Translations under genes and position numbers: made by a program
Assembly (NCBI GenBank): GCA_963786865.1
Contig: CAWBAV010000018.1
Span: 79,292-143,291 of the forward strand
Direction of reading: 5' to 3'
From: an uncultured delta proteobacterium
Lineage (GTDB): Bacteria; Myxococcota_A; Polyangia; Polyangiales; Houyiibacteriaceae
DNA: 64,000 bases
Notes under the pieces: generated by a model
The model's database searches: none
Told to the model about the DNA's origin: nothing
What the model saw: the letters and a program-made list of their open reading frames with translations, nothing else
Shown: in pieces, positions 33,533 to 42,340 of the stretch
Position numbering within the stretch: the first letter of the stretch is position 1
How the letters are laid out: each line of letters starts with the position of its first letter

Positions 33533-35086
33533 GTGGACCAGCCAAAGCCGGCGATTCAAGCGCGTCCCGTTTTGAGGGTGACCGCCCCGAGCGCGATTCC
33601 AGACGCCGGTCTCAAGCTACAAACCGACGTCGTGGTCATCGGTTCGGGAGCGGCGGGAGCCGTGACCGCGTACGAGCTCGTCCGGAGGGGGGCAAAGGTC
33701 GTGGTTCTGGAGGCTGGCCCGCACATCCCGTCGAGCGAGTTTCAGGAGCACGCTCCGAGCGCGCTCGAAACTCTGTACGAAGATCACGGGAACCAAGTCA
33801 ATACCACCGGTGATCTGACGATCCTCCAGGGCAGGTGCATGGGCGGGTCGACCGTGGTCAATGCCGCTGCCTGTTTCCGGGTACCGGATCAAGTCCTAGA
33901 ACACTGGAGCACGGAACACGGCCTCGAGAACCTCTCTCCCGACACTTTGGCGCCTTACTTCGAAAGGGTGGAACAGAACCTCTCGATTCACCAAAACGCT
34001 CCGCACGAGGTCAACTACAACGGACGCCTCCTGATCGAAGGCGCCGCAAAACTCGGCATTCCTGCGTCTCCGATTTCCCGGAACATCAAGGACTGTGCGC
34101 TCAGCGGTCACTGCATCTCCGGCTGCAAGACGGATCGCAAGCAGTCGATGCTGGTCACCTATCTACCCTGGGCCAGTGAGCTCGGGGCAACCATTCTCAG
34201 CGATACACGTGCTGAGACGTTCGAAACCCGCGATCGCCGCGTCATCGCGGTGAATGCGGTCGCCACGGACGAAGACGGAAAGCAAAAGCCCGTGCGGGTA
34301 GAAGCAGGGCTCGTCGTCGTCGCCGCCGGCGCCGTCCAGACACCCCTCCTGTTTCAGAAGAACGCCCTGGGCAACAGCAGCGGCCAGGTCGGCCACAACT
34401 TCGCGTGCCATCCTTCACTTGCAGTCTTTGGTGAGCATGAACGGGACGTTTTCGCTTGGGTCGGCGCAACCTTGACCGCGCAAGCGGGCGACATCGAGAA
34501 CCCGCTCAAAGGCGGGTACCTGCTGGAGGCTGGGATGGTAGGACCCGTCGTCACCAGCAGTTGGATCGATGGAGGGCTCGGCCGGGACTTCGCTGCATTC
34601 ATGGAGAACAGCAAGAAGTTTCAGGCGGCGGTCACGCTGATCCACGACCACAACGTCGGTCGCGTATACCTCGAGGGTGATCGCAAACGCATCGAATACG
34701 ACCTCGACGACCGCGATTTCGAATCGATGCGCGAGGCCCTGCGTGGAACTGCGCAGATCTATTTCGCCGCCGGAGCCCGTCGGGTGTACCTCCCCACGAC
34801 GCGCCGGATGACGATCGAAAGCGCCGACCAGATCGACTCCGTGATCAATGGGCTGGTCAACGGCAAGCACATGTACCGGATGAACTCGTACCATCCGCAG
34901 GGGACGATGCGGATGGGCGCGGACCCGGCGAAGAGTGTCGTCGGTCCAGACGGTCGGTGCCACGACCTCGACAACGTGTATGTGCCGGATGCCAGCCTTT
35001 TCCCTTCGTCGCTCTTGGTGAACCCGCAGGTCACCGTCTACACGATGGCGAGCTACATCTCGGACCAGATCCTCGCTAGAGCTTGA
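33533..35086 (+). CDS. GMC-family FAD oxidoreductase
   Basis: DVVVIGSGAAG, GRCMGGSTVVN, CALSGHCISGC, HPQGTMRMG, DASLFP...NPQVT. Confidence 0.9.
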   Translation: MDQPKPAIQARPVLRVTAPSAIPDAGLKLQTDVVVIGSGAAGAVTAYELVRRGAKVVVLEAGPHIPSSEFQEHAPSALETLYEDHGNQVNTTGDLTILQGRCMGGSTVVNAAACFRVPDQVLEHWSTEHGLENLSPDTLAPYFERVEQNLSIHQNAPHEVNYNGRLLIEGAAKLGIPASPISRNIKDCALSGHCISGCKTDRKQSMLVTYLPWASELGATILSDTRAETFETRDRRVIAVNAVATDEDGKQKPVRVEAGLVVVAAGAVQTPLLFQKNALGNSSGQVGHNFACHPSLAVFGEHERDVFAWVGATLTAQAGDIENPLKGGYLLEAGMVGPVVTSSWIDGGLGRDFAAFMENSKKFQAAVTLIHDHNVGRVYLEGDRKRIEYDLDDRDFESMREALRGTAQIYFAAGARRVYLPTTRRMTIESADQIDSVINGLVNGKHMYRMNSYHPQGTMRMGADPAKSVVGPDGRCHDLDNVYVPDASLFPSSLLVNPQVTVYTMASYISDQILARA

Positions 35087-35485
35087 CTACTGCGCGCCGC
35101 GAGGTCGGACGAAGCACCAGAAGCCAGAATCGGCCTTGACGAGACGCCATCCATCCTCGCCGAGGGCGTTGAACTGGGCACTCATCTCTTCGGCCGCCTT
35201 CTTGTTGGCACGCTCGCTCTGGTGAACGCACTTGTACTCGTGCTTGTGCGCGCCGGGACATCCATGGTGCGGTTTGCCCATGCAATGAGCGCATGCCTTC
35301 CCTTGGGCGCAGTGGGGGCAGGTCTGCCCTTTGACGCAGTGGGGACAGGATGTTCCGGCAGCGCCCTGACCACAGGTCTGACAGGTCGCGGGTTTGGCCT
35401 CATCCTGGGATTGAGCCTGCATGCCACCAAGCGCGAGCCAGAGGGCACCCGCGGTGAAAAGAGAAGCCAGAATGGTGAGACGCAT
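35087..35485 (-). CDS. Secreted protein with four CxxC motifs and a DUF4177-like domain
   Basis: AAGGAGG RBS; signal peptide; CQTC, CPHC, CPHC, CAHC; EYK...NALGEDGWRLV...FVRP. Confidence 0.7.
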   Translation of the reverse strand: MRLTILASLFTAGALWLALGGMQAQSQDEAKPATCQTCGQGAAGTSCPHCVKGQTCPHCAQGKACAHCMGKPHHGCPGAHKHEYKCVHQSERANKKAAEEMSAQFNALGEDGWRLVKADSGFWCFVRPRGAQ

Positions 35486-35604
35486 GTTTCCTCCTTGAGT
35501 TGAGGGCGGAACCCTACCACGAACGATTCTGCCGTCGTAAAAGGCGGACTGTCCCGGGCGACTTGGGCGTCTTCGGGGGCCACCGCCTGGTTTCGTTTCA
35601 ACGC

Positions 35605-36219
35605 CTAAAACGAGCTCTTGGCGGCTTGGATGAAGGCTCGGACTTGGGATGGGTCCTTGCGCCCCGGGGCCGACTCCACACCCGAGGCGACGTCGACCTG
35701 GTGCGGGTGTACGGCGCGAACCGCTTCTGCGACGTTGCCGGGTGTGAGTCCCCCAGCAAGGATCAGCTTTCGTTCCTTGGCGACCTCGGCAGCGATCTTC
35801 CAGTCGAAGGTTCTGCCCGTGCCGCCAGGCAAGCCCGGAACGCTGGCATCGAGGAGCAGGTGCTCTCCCGGGTAGCTCCGGGCGAGCTCGATGGCGGAGC
35901 CGTCCTTCACACCGATCGCCTTGTACGCACGTGGCAGCAGCGCGGCGACCAAGTCCGGTGGCTCGCTTCCATGGAGCTGAGCCCATTCGATGCCGGTCTC
36001 GGCGAGGATCTCTCGGATCTGTGCGAGATCGAGGTCCACGAATACGCCGACCATCCGGGCATCATCCCGCGCAGCCGCCACGATCCTGCCCGCGACGGCA
36101 ACGTCGACGAATCTCGGCGACTCCCGCCAGAAGTTGAGGCCGATCGCATCGGCGCCTGCTTCGATGCACCGAAGTGTGTCGTCAACTGTGGTCAAACCAC
36201 AGACCTTGACCTGGACCAT
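35605..36219 (-). CDS. trpF: Phosphoribosylanthranilate isomerase
   Basis: VKVCGL, SPRFV, QLHGSE, GGTGRTFDW, LAGGL, DVASGVE. Confidence 0.95.
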   Translation of the reverse strand: MVQVKVCGLTTVDDTLRCIEAGADAIGLNFWRESPRFVDVAVAGRIVAAARDDARMVGVFVDLDLAQIREILAETGIEWAQLHGSEPPDLVAALLPRAYKAIGVKDGSAIELARSYPGEHLLLDASVPGLPGGTGRTFDWKIAAEVAKERKLILAGGLTPGNVAEAVRAVHPHQVDVASGVESAPGRKDPSQVRAFIQAAKSSF

Positions 36220-36365
36220 GGTCCGAGGATGGGCCGGCGCTCTCCAATCGTCCAACCTCCTGCGATTCGCTTGCGTCTCAGAACCCCAGGTTATAGAACG
36301 CGTTCCAGTTCAGCCCGCAAGAACGGGCGCACGGGCCCCTGCGGGACTAGAATCGACGATCGAGC

Positions 36366-38240
36366 ATGGAAACATCTGCCGCTGCACGCGTTCGGCCCAG
36401 TCCGCGTGAAACCTTGGACTCTGTCGTCATTCGCTTTGCCGGCGATTCCGGCGACGGAATGCAACTCACGGGTAGTCAGTTCACGACGGCTACGGCGGAC
36501 GCGGGGAACGACCTTTCGACGTTTCCGGATTTTCCCGCCGAGATTCGCGCGCCCGCTGGAACGACCTATGGCGTGTCCGGTTACCAGATTCATTTCGCCT
36601 CGCACGACGTGCAGACGCCAGGTGACGCACCCGACGTCCTAGTCGCGATGAACCCAGCCGCGCTCATGGTCAACAGCGAGGCACTCAAACCCGGGGGCTT
36701 GGTCGTGATCAACACGGGGGCGTTCACGGCGAACAACCTCAAGAAAGCCGGATACGAGAGCAATCCTCTCGAAGACGGGTCCCTCGATCGTTTCCGTGTG
36801 CTTGCGCTCGACGTCACCAAGATGACGCTCGATGCGGTCCAGGAAGTCGGCCTCGGATCAAAGGACGCGGGTCGCTGCAAGAACATGTGGACCTTGGGTC
36901 TCATGTACTGGCTGTTCGGACGCGAGCGAGCTCAGACGGTCTCCTGGCTGAAGAAGAAGTTCGCGAAGGCACCGAAGTTGGCCGAAGCCAATATTGCCGC
37001 GCTCAACGCCGGACACATTTACGGCGAGAATGCGGAATTGCCCCACGGAATCAACGCCTACGATGTCCCGGCGGCCAAGCTCGCCCCCGGTGAATACCGC
37101 AACATCAGTGGCAATGAGGCCACCGCCTGGGGCTTGGTCACCGGTGCACGGCTTGCGGGTCTCGAGCTGATGTACGGTTCCTATCCCATTACGCCGGCTT
37201 CGAATCTGCTCCACAATCTGGCGCGGCTCAAGCATTTCGGCGTGACGACCTTCCAAGCCGAGGACGAAATCGCAGCGGTCTCGGCGGCCGTCGGCGCGAG
37301 CTTCGGTGGCTCGATTGGGGTCACGGGCACTTCGGGTCCGGGCGTCGCGTTGAAGTCCGAGGCAATCGGCTTGGCGATCGCCGCGGAGCTTCCCCTCGTC
37401 ATCGTCGACGTGCAGCGTGGCGGGCCTTCGACCGGCCTACCGACGAAGACCGAACAATCAGACCTGTTCCAGGCGGTCGTGGGGCGCAACGGCGATGCGC
37501 CACTGGCTGTCTTGGCCGCGGCAACGCCGGGCGATTGCTACTACATGGCGATCGAGGCCGTTCGCATCGCCGTGAAATACATGACGCCGGTCATCCTGCT
37601 CACCGACGGGTTCGTCGCGAACAGCGCGGAGCCTTGGCTCCTTCCCGACCTCGACTCGCTACAAGCGTTCCCAGTCCGCTTCCACACAGACCCGGAAGGT
37701 TTTCATCCGTTCTTGCGTGACGAGCAGACGCTTGCGCGGGCCTGGGCGATTCCCGGAACGCCCGGCCTCGAGCACCGCATCGGCGGCCTCGAAAAGCATC
37801 GAGACACCGGTCACATCTCGTACGATCCGCAGAACCATCACCGGATGACCAAGATCCGACACCAGAAGATCGCCGGTATCGCGAGAGACATCGAACGGGC
37901 GAAGGTCGATCAGGGTGCGCCCAGCGGAGACCTGCTCGTCGTCGGATGGGGCTCGACCTACGGCTCGATCAGTCAGGCCGTGAGAGTGCTGCGGGAAAGA
38001 GGCCACCAGGTGTCTCACCTACACCTTCGAAACATCTGGCCGCTGCCGGAAGGGCTCGGAGAGCTGCTCGGATCCTTCAACAGCGTCCTCGTCCCGGAGC
38101 TCAACTTCGGTCAGCTCGTGAAGCTGCTCCGCGCCGAATTCCTCGTCGACGCAGAGAGCATCACGCGAGTCACGGGACAACCATTTCGAATTGGCGGTCT
38201 GATCGACGCCGTGGAAGAGCGACTGCAACGGAGATCGTGA
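36366..38240 (+). CDS. korA: 2-oxoacid:ferredoxin oxidoreductase alpha subunit
   Basis: FAGDSGDGMQ, SYPITPAS, QAEDEIAA, QRGGPSTGLPTKTEQ. Confidence 0.93.
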   Translation: METSAAARVRPSPRETLDSVVIRFAGDSGDGMQLTGSQFTTATADAGNDLSTFPDFPAEIRAPAGTTYGVSGYQIHFASHDVQTPGDAPDVLVAMNPAALMVNSEALKPGGLVVINTGAFTANNLKKAGYESNPLEDGSLDRFRVLALDVTKMTLDAVQEVGLGSKDAGRCKNMWTLGLMYWLFGRERAQTVSWLKKKFAKAPKLAEANIAALNAGHIYGENAELPHGINAYDVPAAKLAPGEYRNISGNEATAWGLVTGARLAGLELMYGSYPITPASNLLHNLARLKHFGVTTFQAEDEIAAVSAAVGASFGGSIGVTGTSGPGVALKSEAIGLAIAAELPLVIVDVQRGGPSTGLPTKTEQSDLFQAVVGRNGDAPLAVLAAATPGDCYYMAIEAVRIAVKYMTPVILLTDGFVANSAEPWLLPDLDSLQAFPVRFHTDPEGFHPFLRDEQTLARAWAIPGTPGLEHRIGGLEKHRDTGHISYDPQNHHRMTKIRHQKIAGIARDIERAKVDQGAPSGDLLVVGWGSTYGSISQAVRVLRERGHQVSHLHLRNIWPLPEGLGELLGSFNSVLVPELNFGQLVKLLRAEFLVDAESITRVTGQPFRIGGLIDAVEERLQRRS

Positions 38241-39253
38241 TGAGTCCCAACCCGCCCAAAAAGCAATACGATCGGAAAGACTTTACTTCCGATCAAGAGG
38301 TCCGTTGGTGCCCCGGCTGCGGCGACTACGCCATCCTCGCGGCCGTTCAGCGCACTTTGCCGAGCCTCGGGTCGACACCCGAGAACACCGTGTTCATCTC
38401 CGGGATCGGCTGCTCGAGCCGCTTTCCTTACTACATGAACACGTATGGGTTTCACACCATCCACGGACGAGCGCCCGCAATTGCGACCGGCCTCAAGCTC
38501 GCGAATCCCAAGCTCGACGTCTGGGTGATCACGGGCGACGGGGACGGGCTGAGCATCGGCGGAAACCATTTGTTGCACGTCTTGCGGCGTAACATCGACC
38601 TGCAAATTCTACTGTTCAACAATCAGATTTACGGCCTGACCAAGGGCCAGTACTCGCCCACTTCGCAGGTCGGGAAGGTCACGCCATCGAGCCCACTCGG
38701 TTCGATCGACCAACCGGTGGTACCGGCTCGTTTCGCCTTGGGTGCGGGCGCGACCTTCGTGGCGAGGTCCTTCGATACCTCGAAGAGGCTTCCCGAGGCT
38801 CTGACCGCGGCGCGGGAGCACAGGGGCGCCGCATTCGTCGAGATCCTTCAAAATTGCCCGGTGTTCAACGATGGGGTCTTCGAGCTGATCACCGATCGAA
38901 AGTCCGGTCCCTCTCACCAACTCTGGCTCGAGCATGGGAAGCCCATGAAATTTGGCGCAAACGACGAGAAGGGCCTCCGACTCGACCCGCGCTCGCTCAA
39001 GCTCGAAATCGTGACGATCGGCGAAGACGGCATCACCGAAGACGACATCGTCACGCACGACGAGACCAATGCTTCGCTCGCCTGGATGCTCACCGACCTG
39101 CCGGAGATCGTCGCTCTCGGCGTTCTCTACCGCCACGAGGGCCCGGTCTACAACGACAGCGTGGCGAAGCAGCGTGAGCTTGCGGAGAAACGCTTCGGGG
39201 CGCCCGACCTACACGCCCTTCTTCGGGAGGGTCACACCTGGACGGTTACTTGA
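38240..39253 (+). CDS. korB: 2-oxoacid:ferredoxin oxidoreductase beta subunit
   Basis: WCPGCGD, SGIGCS, HTIHGRA, GDGDGLSIGGNH, YGLTKGQYSP. Confidence 0.93.
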   Translation: MSPNPPKKQYDRKDFTSDQEVRWCPGCGDYAILAAVQRTLPSLGSTPENTVFISGIGCSSRFPYYMNTYGFHTIHGRAPAIATGLKLANPKLDVWVITGDGDGLSIGGNHLLHVLRRNIDLQILLFNNQIYGLTKGQYSPTSQVGKVTPSSPLGSIDQPVVPARFALGAGATFVARSFDTSKRLPEALTAAREHRGAAFVEILQNCPVFNDGVFELITDRKSGPSHQLWLEHGKPMKFGANDEKGLRLDPRSLKLEIVTIGEDGITEDDIVTHDETNASLAWMLTDLPEIVALGVLYRHEGPVYNDSVAKQRELAEKRFGAPDLHALLREGHTWTVT

Positions 39254-39946
39254 GGCCGCGGCGTCTGCCACCGGCAAGGTGAGAACGATCCGAAGGCCGT
39301 GCGGTTGACGCACGGAAGCCGTGACGAAGCCGCCCGCGCGAGAGGCCAGGTCCGCGAGCTTCGTCAGCGCCAGTTCCGCTTTGGGCCGATGCGCGATCTT
39401 CACGAACGGCGTGAACAGGATGCGGAGCTCTTCGTTGGATGGGCTCGCTCCGTCGTCTTCGATCGTCAGCGCTGCGGCCGACCCGACCACCCGTGTGGCA
39501 ACGCGAATGGAAGCGACCGCCTTGGTGGCAGCCATGAATCGCAGCAGACTCGACAACGCATCCTGGGCGAGCCAGAGATCGAGTACGACCACCGGATCAT
39601 CGGCACTGAAATCGAGCTCGGTGGCGGCGCCAAGACCAGAAACGGCATTGCTCAAGAGATCGTTGAGGGACAGCGCTCGTGCACGGGGCGACTGACTGCT
39701 GGCCAGGATCGACAGGTTTCGCATCAGCTCGCGACCTTCTTCCGCGGCGTCCCGAACCTCTCCAACGTACTTCTGGAGCGCCTCGACGTCCCCGAGATTC
39801 TTCTTGGCGAGATGCGCGTTCCCGATGATCACCCCTAGAATGTTGTTCACCTCGTGAACGATACCCGAAGCGAGATCTCGCACGGCGCGCATTCCCTCCG
39901 GATGCAAGATGCCTTCCCCAGACGGCTCGGAATCGTCGTCGTGCAT
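39209..39946 (-). CDS. Histidine-kinase-like protein (HisKA plus degenerate ATPase domain)
   Basis: GIVHEVNNIL H-box; IEDDG and FTPF remnants; N box and GxGL box missing; overlaps the korB end convergently by 45 bp. Confidence 0.7.
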   Translation of the reverse strand: MHDDDSEPSGEGILHPEGMRAVRDLASGIVHEVNNILGVIIGNAHLAKKNLGDVEALQKYVGEVRDAAEEGRELMRNLSILASSQSPRARALSLNDLLSNAVSGLGAATELDFSADDPVVVLDLWLAQDALSSLLRFMAATKAVASIRVATRVVGSAAALTIEDDGASPSNEELRILFTPFVKIAHRPKAELALTKLADLASRAGGFVTASVRQPHGLRIVLTLPVADAAASSNRPGVTLPKKGV

Positions 39947-39951
39947 CCTGG

Positions 39952-40326
39952 TCAGATCTCCAAGAGCTTCTTGACCGCACGAACGACGCGCGGACCTTGG
40001 ATGGGCTTCTCGATGTAGGCATTCGCTCCCAAAGCCATCGCGCGGTCCCGATCGTTGGGCGCGCTCTCCGTCGTGATGATGACGATGGGTGTCTTCTCGT
40101 GACGTGGATCGCTTCGAACATGCCTCACTAGCTTGAGTCCATCCATTACCGGCATGTTGAGGTCGGTTACGACCAGGTCGAAGCGATTCGCGGCAAGGGC
40201 GCGAATTCCGGTTAGCCCGTTCTCGGCTTCGATGACCTCCATACCGGGAATTCTCGATAGCGACTCCGCGAGCATGTTGCGCATCGTCTTGGAATCTTCG
40301 ACTATGAGGCATCGGTAGCGACGCAT
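39952..40326 (-). CDS. Single-domain response regulator, CheY-like
   Basis: VEDS, TDLNMPVMDG, EKP. Confidence 0.9.
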   Translation of the reverse strand: MRRYRCLIVEDSKTMRNMLAESLSRIPGMEVIEAENGLTGIRALAANRFDLVVTDLNMPVMDGLKLVRHVRSDPRHEKTPIVIITTESAPNDRDRAMALGANAYIEKPIQGPRVVRAVKKLLEI

Positions 40327-40374
40327 GACTATCTCAATCGTACGACAGGGCGCAGTGTGCTCAAAGTTCGAGCC

Positions 40375-41457
40375 TCATCCCTTGGTTGGTCGGGTGAGCT
40401 CGACGAGCATGTCGCCGAGTGCCCAAATCCCGAGTGAGTGGTGCCGCACCCCGGACCGTTGAGCGGCCAGCGGCATTCCAGAAACCACGGCTGTTTCCGG
40501 AGCTTCGATGAGGACCGCGCCCCCGCGGCCCGCTACGTCACGGACTCCCTCGGCACCGTCATCCCCCATTCCCGTGAGAACGACGGCGATCGCCTTTTCG
40601 CCGAGCACGCGAGCAGCCGACCGAAAGAGTCGATTGGCTGACGGGACGTAGTGCGTCCCGGGATCAGGCGCTACCACACGCACGGCTGGGCCTTGGTCCG
40701 ATGGAACGACTTCGATGCAGCGGCCTCCGGGACAGACGTAGGCGTGACCGCGGGCAAGCCTCTCATACTGCTTCGCCTCGGAGACGCGGATCACTCCGGT
40801 ACGATCGAGACGACTCGCGAACGTGCTCGTGAAGCGCGGAGGCATGTGTTGCGCAATGACCAGAGCAGCGTCCACTTCTTCGTGTAGGTGCCGGAACAAG
40901 GTGATGAGCGCCTTGGGACCGCCGGTGGAAGCGCCGATGACGATGACCTTGCTCGGCACGTGCTTCAGCACGGACGGCTCTCGAAATCGGTTCGCGGATG
41001 CCGCGGCTCCAGCGTCTGCATCGAGCGCGAGCGCCCCGAGCGAGGTCTGACGAAGCGAAAGAGGCGAGAGCTGCCGGATGACCCGAACCTTCTCGATGAG
41101 CTGGCGCCGCAGGCTCTCGAGCGGTGCGTCTTCTCCTTCGGGTTTGGCGAGAAAGTCGATCGCCCCCAACTCGAGCGCGCGAAAGACGTTCTCCTTTGCC
41201 GAGAGACCGGAAACCACGACGACGGGCACGGGATTTCGATCCATCAGAAGCTGGAGAAACTCGAACCCGTCGAGACGCGGCATCTCCAGATCCAGCGTGA
41301 TGAAGTCCGGGGGATTGGATTCGACGACCCGGAGCGCCTCGGCGCCGTCGTTCGCGACGTCTACACTGATGACGCCGGGGATCTCCCTCAAGATTGCGGC
41401 GATCGTTCTCCGATTGAGCGACGAATCGTCCACGACCAGGGCACGAAGATCAGCCAC
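40375..41457 (-). CDS. cheB: Chemotaxis methylesterase with receiver domain
   Basis: VDDS/LDLEMP receiver; GASTGGP, QHMP, LTGMGDDG. Confidence 0.93.
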   Translation of the reverse strand: MADLRALVVDDSSLNRRTIAAILREIPGVISVDVANDGAEALRVVESNPPDFITLDLEMPRLDGFEFLQLLMDRNPVPVVVVSGLSAKENVFRALELGAIDFLAKPEGEDAPLESLRRQLIEKVRVIRQLSPLSLRQTSLGALALDADAGAAASANRFREPSVLKHVPSKVIVIGASTGGPKALITLFRHLHEEVDAALVIAQHMPPRFTSTFASRLDRTGVIRVSEAKQYERLARGHAYVCPGGRCIEVVPSDQGPAVRVVAPDPGTHYVPSANRLFRSAARVLGEKAIAVVLTGMGDDGAEGVRDVAGRGGAVLIEAPETAVVSGMPLAAQRSGVRHHSLGIWALGDMLVELTRPTKG

Positions 41458-42339
41458 TCAGCCCCCCCTCGGAGGCAAGTCCGTGTAGGGGATCGGTCGA
41501 CGATAGACGATGTCCGTAGTCAGCTGGGCGATCTCGAAAGCCGTGCTCGATTGAAGCAGGGATTCGCTGTGACCGAGGAGAAGATACCCCCCGCGGTTCA
41601 GCCGTTCGTAGATGGTATCGAGCACCTGGCGCCGGGAGGCATCGTCGAAATAGATCAGAACGTTTCGACAAAACGTGACGTCTACGCGACCTACGATAGC
41701 AGCCCGCCGTTGGTTCATCAGGTTGAGGTGACCAAAGTGGCACATCGAGCGAATGCGTGGATGCACCTGTTTGCCCTCCTCAGTATCGATGAAATACCGC
41801 TCGTAGTCGGGAATCATGGCGCGAAAGCTCGCGGAGTTGTACGTCGCTCCCCGGGCCTTTTTCAGGACTCGGCGTGAGATGTCGTTGCCAAATACGCGAA
41901 CGTCCCAACCCTCGAAGAGCCCCGTGGCATCGACCAGCATCGCGATCGTGTAGACTTCTTCGCCACTCGAGCAGCCTGCGCTCCAGATGTCGAGCCGCTT
42001 CGAGCCGCGCGCGAGGGCGCGACTCTTCACCACGGGAAGGATCTCGTGGGTGAAGGCGCGCAATTGGTACGCCTCGCGAAAGAAATACGTTTCGTTGGTG
42101 GTCAGGACCTCGGCCGCGGCTTCGAGCTCCGCCTGAGCCTTGGGATGATATTGCAAGTAGCGATAGTACTCCGCGAAGTCGTCGATACCTAGCTCGCGAA
42201 GACGCTCTCTGAGTCGCCGTTCGACGATGTACGCTGACCCGTCCGCAAAGTAGATCCCGCAGAATTTGTTGACGAAGTCCCTGAGAAGTCGAAACTCGTT
42301 CAGGTTCAGGACGGGCCCGGCGTCGTGCAACAGGGTCAC
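41458..42339 (-). CDS. cheR: Chemotaxis methyltransferase
   Basis: TTNETYFFRE, WSAGCSSGEE, FCRNVLIYF, LGHSE. Confidence 0.93.
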   Translation of the reverse strand: MTLLHDAGPVLNLNEFRLLRDFVNKFCGIYFADGSAYIVERRLRERLRELGIDDFAEYYRYLQYHPKAQAELEAAAEVLTTNETYFFREAYQLRAFTHEILPVVKSRALARGSKRLDIWSAGCSSGEEVYTIAMLVDATGLFEGWDVRVFGNDISRRVLKKARGATYNSASFRAMIPDYERYFIDTEEGKQVHPRIRSMCHFGHLNLMNQRRAAIVGRVDVTFCRNVLIYFDDASRRQVLDTIYERLNRGGYLLLGHSESLLQSSTAFEIAQLTTDIVYRRPIPYTDLPPRGG

Positions 42340-42340
42340 G

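Noticed and set aside
36220-36365. trp attenuator leader upstream of trpF
   Set aside because: No Trp-rich leader peptide and no terminator with a U-tract visible
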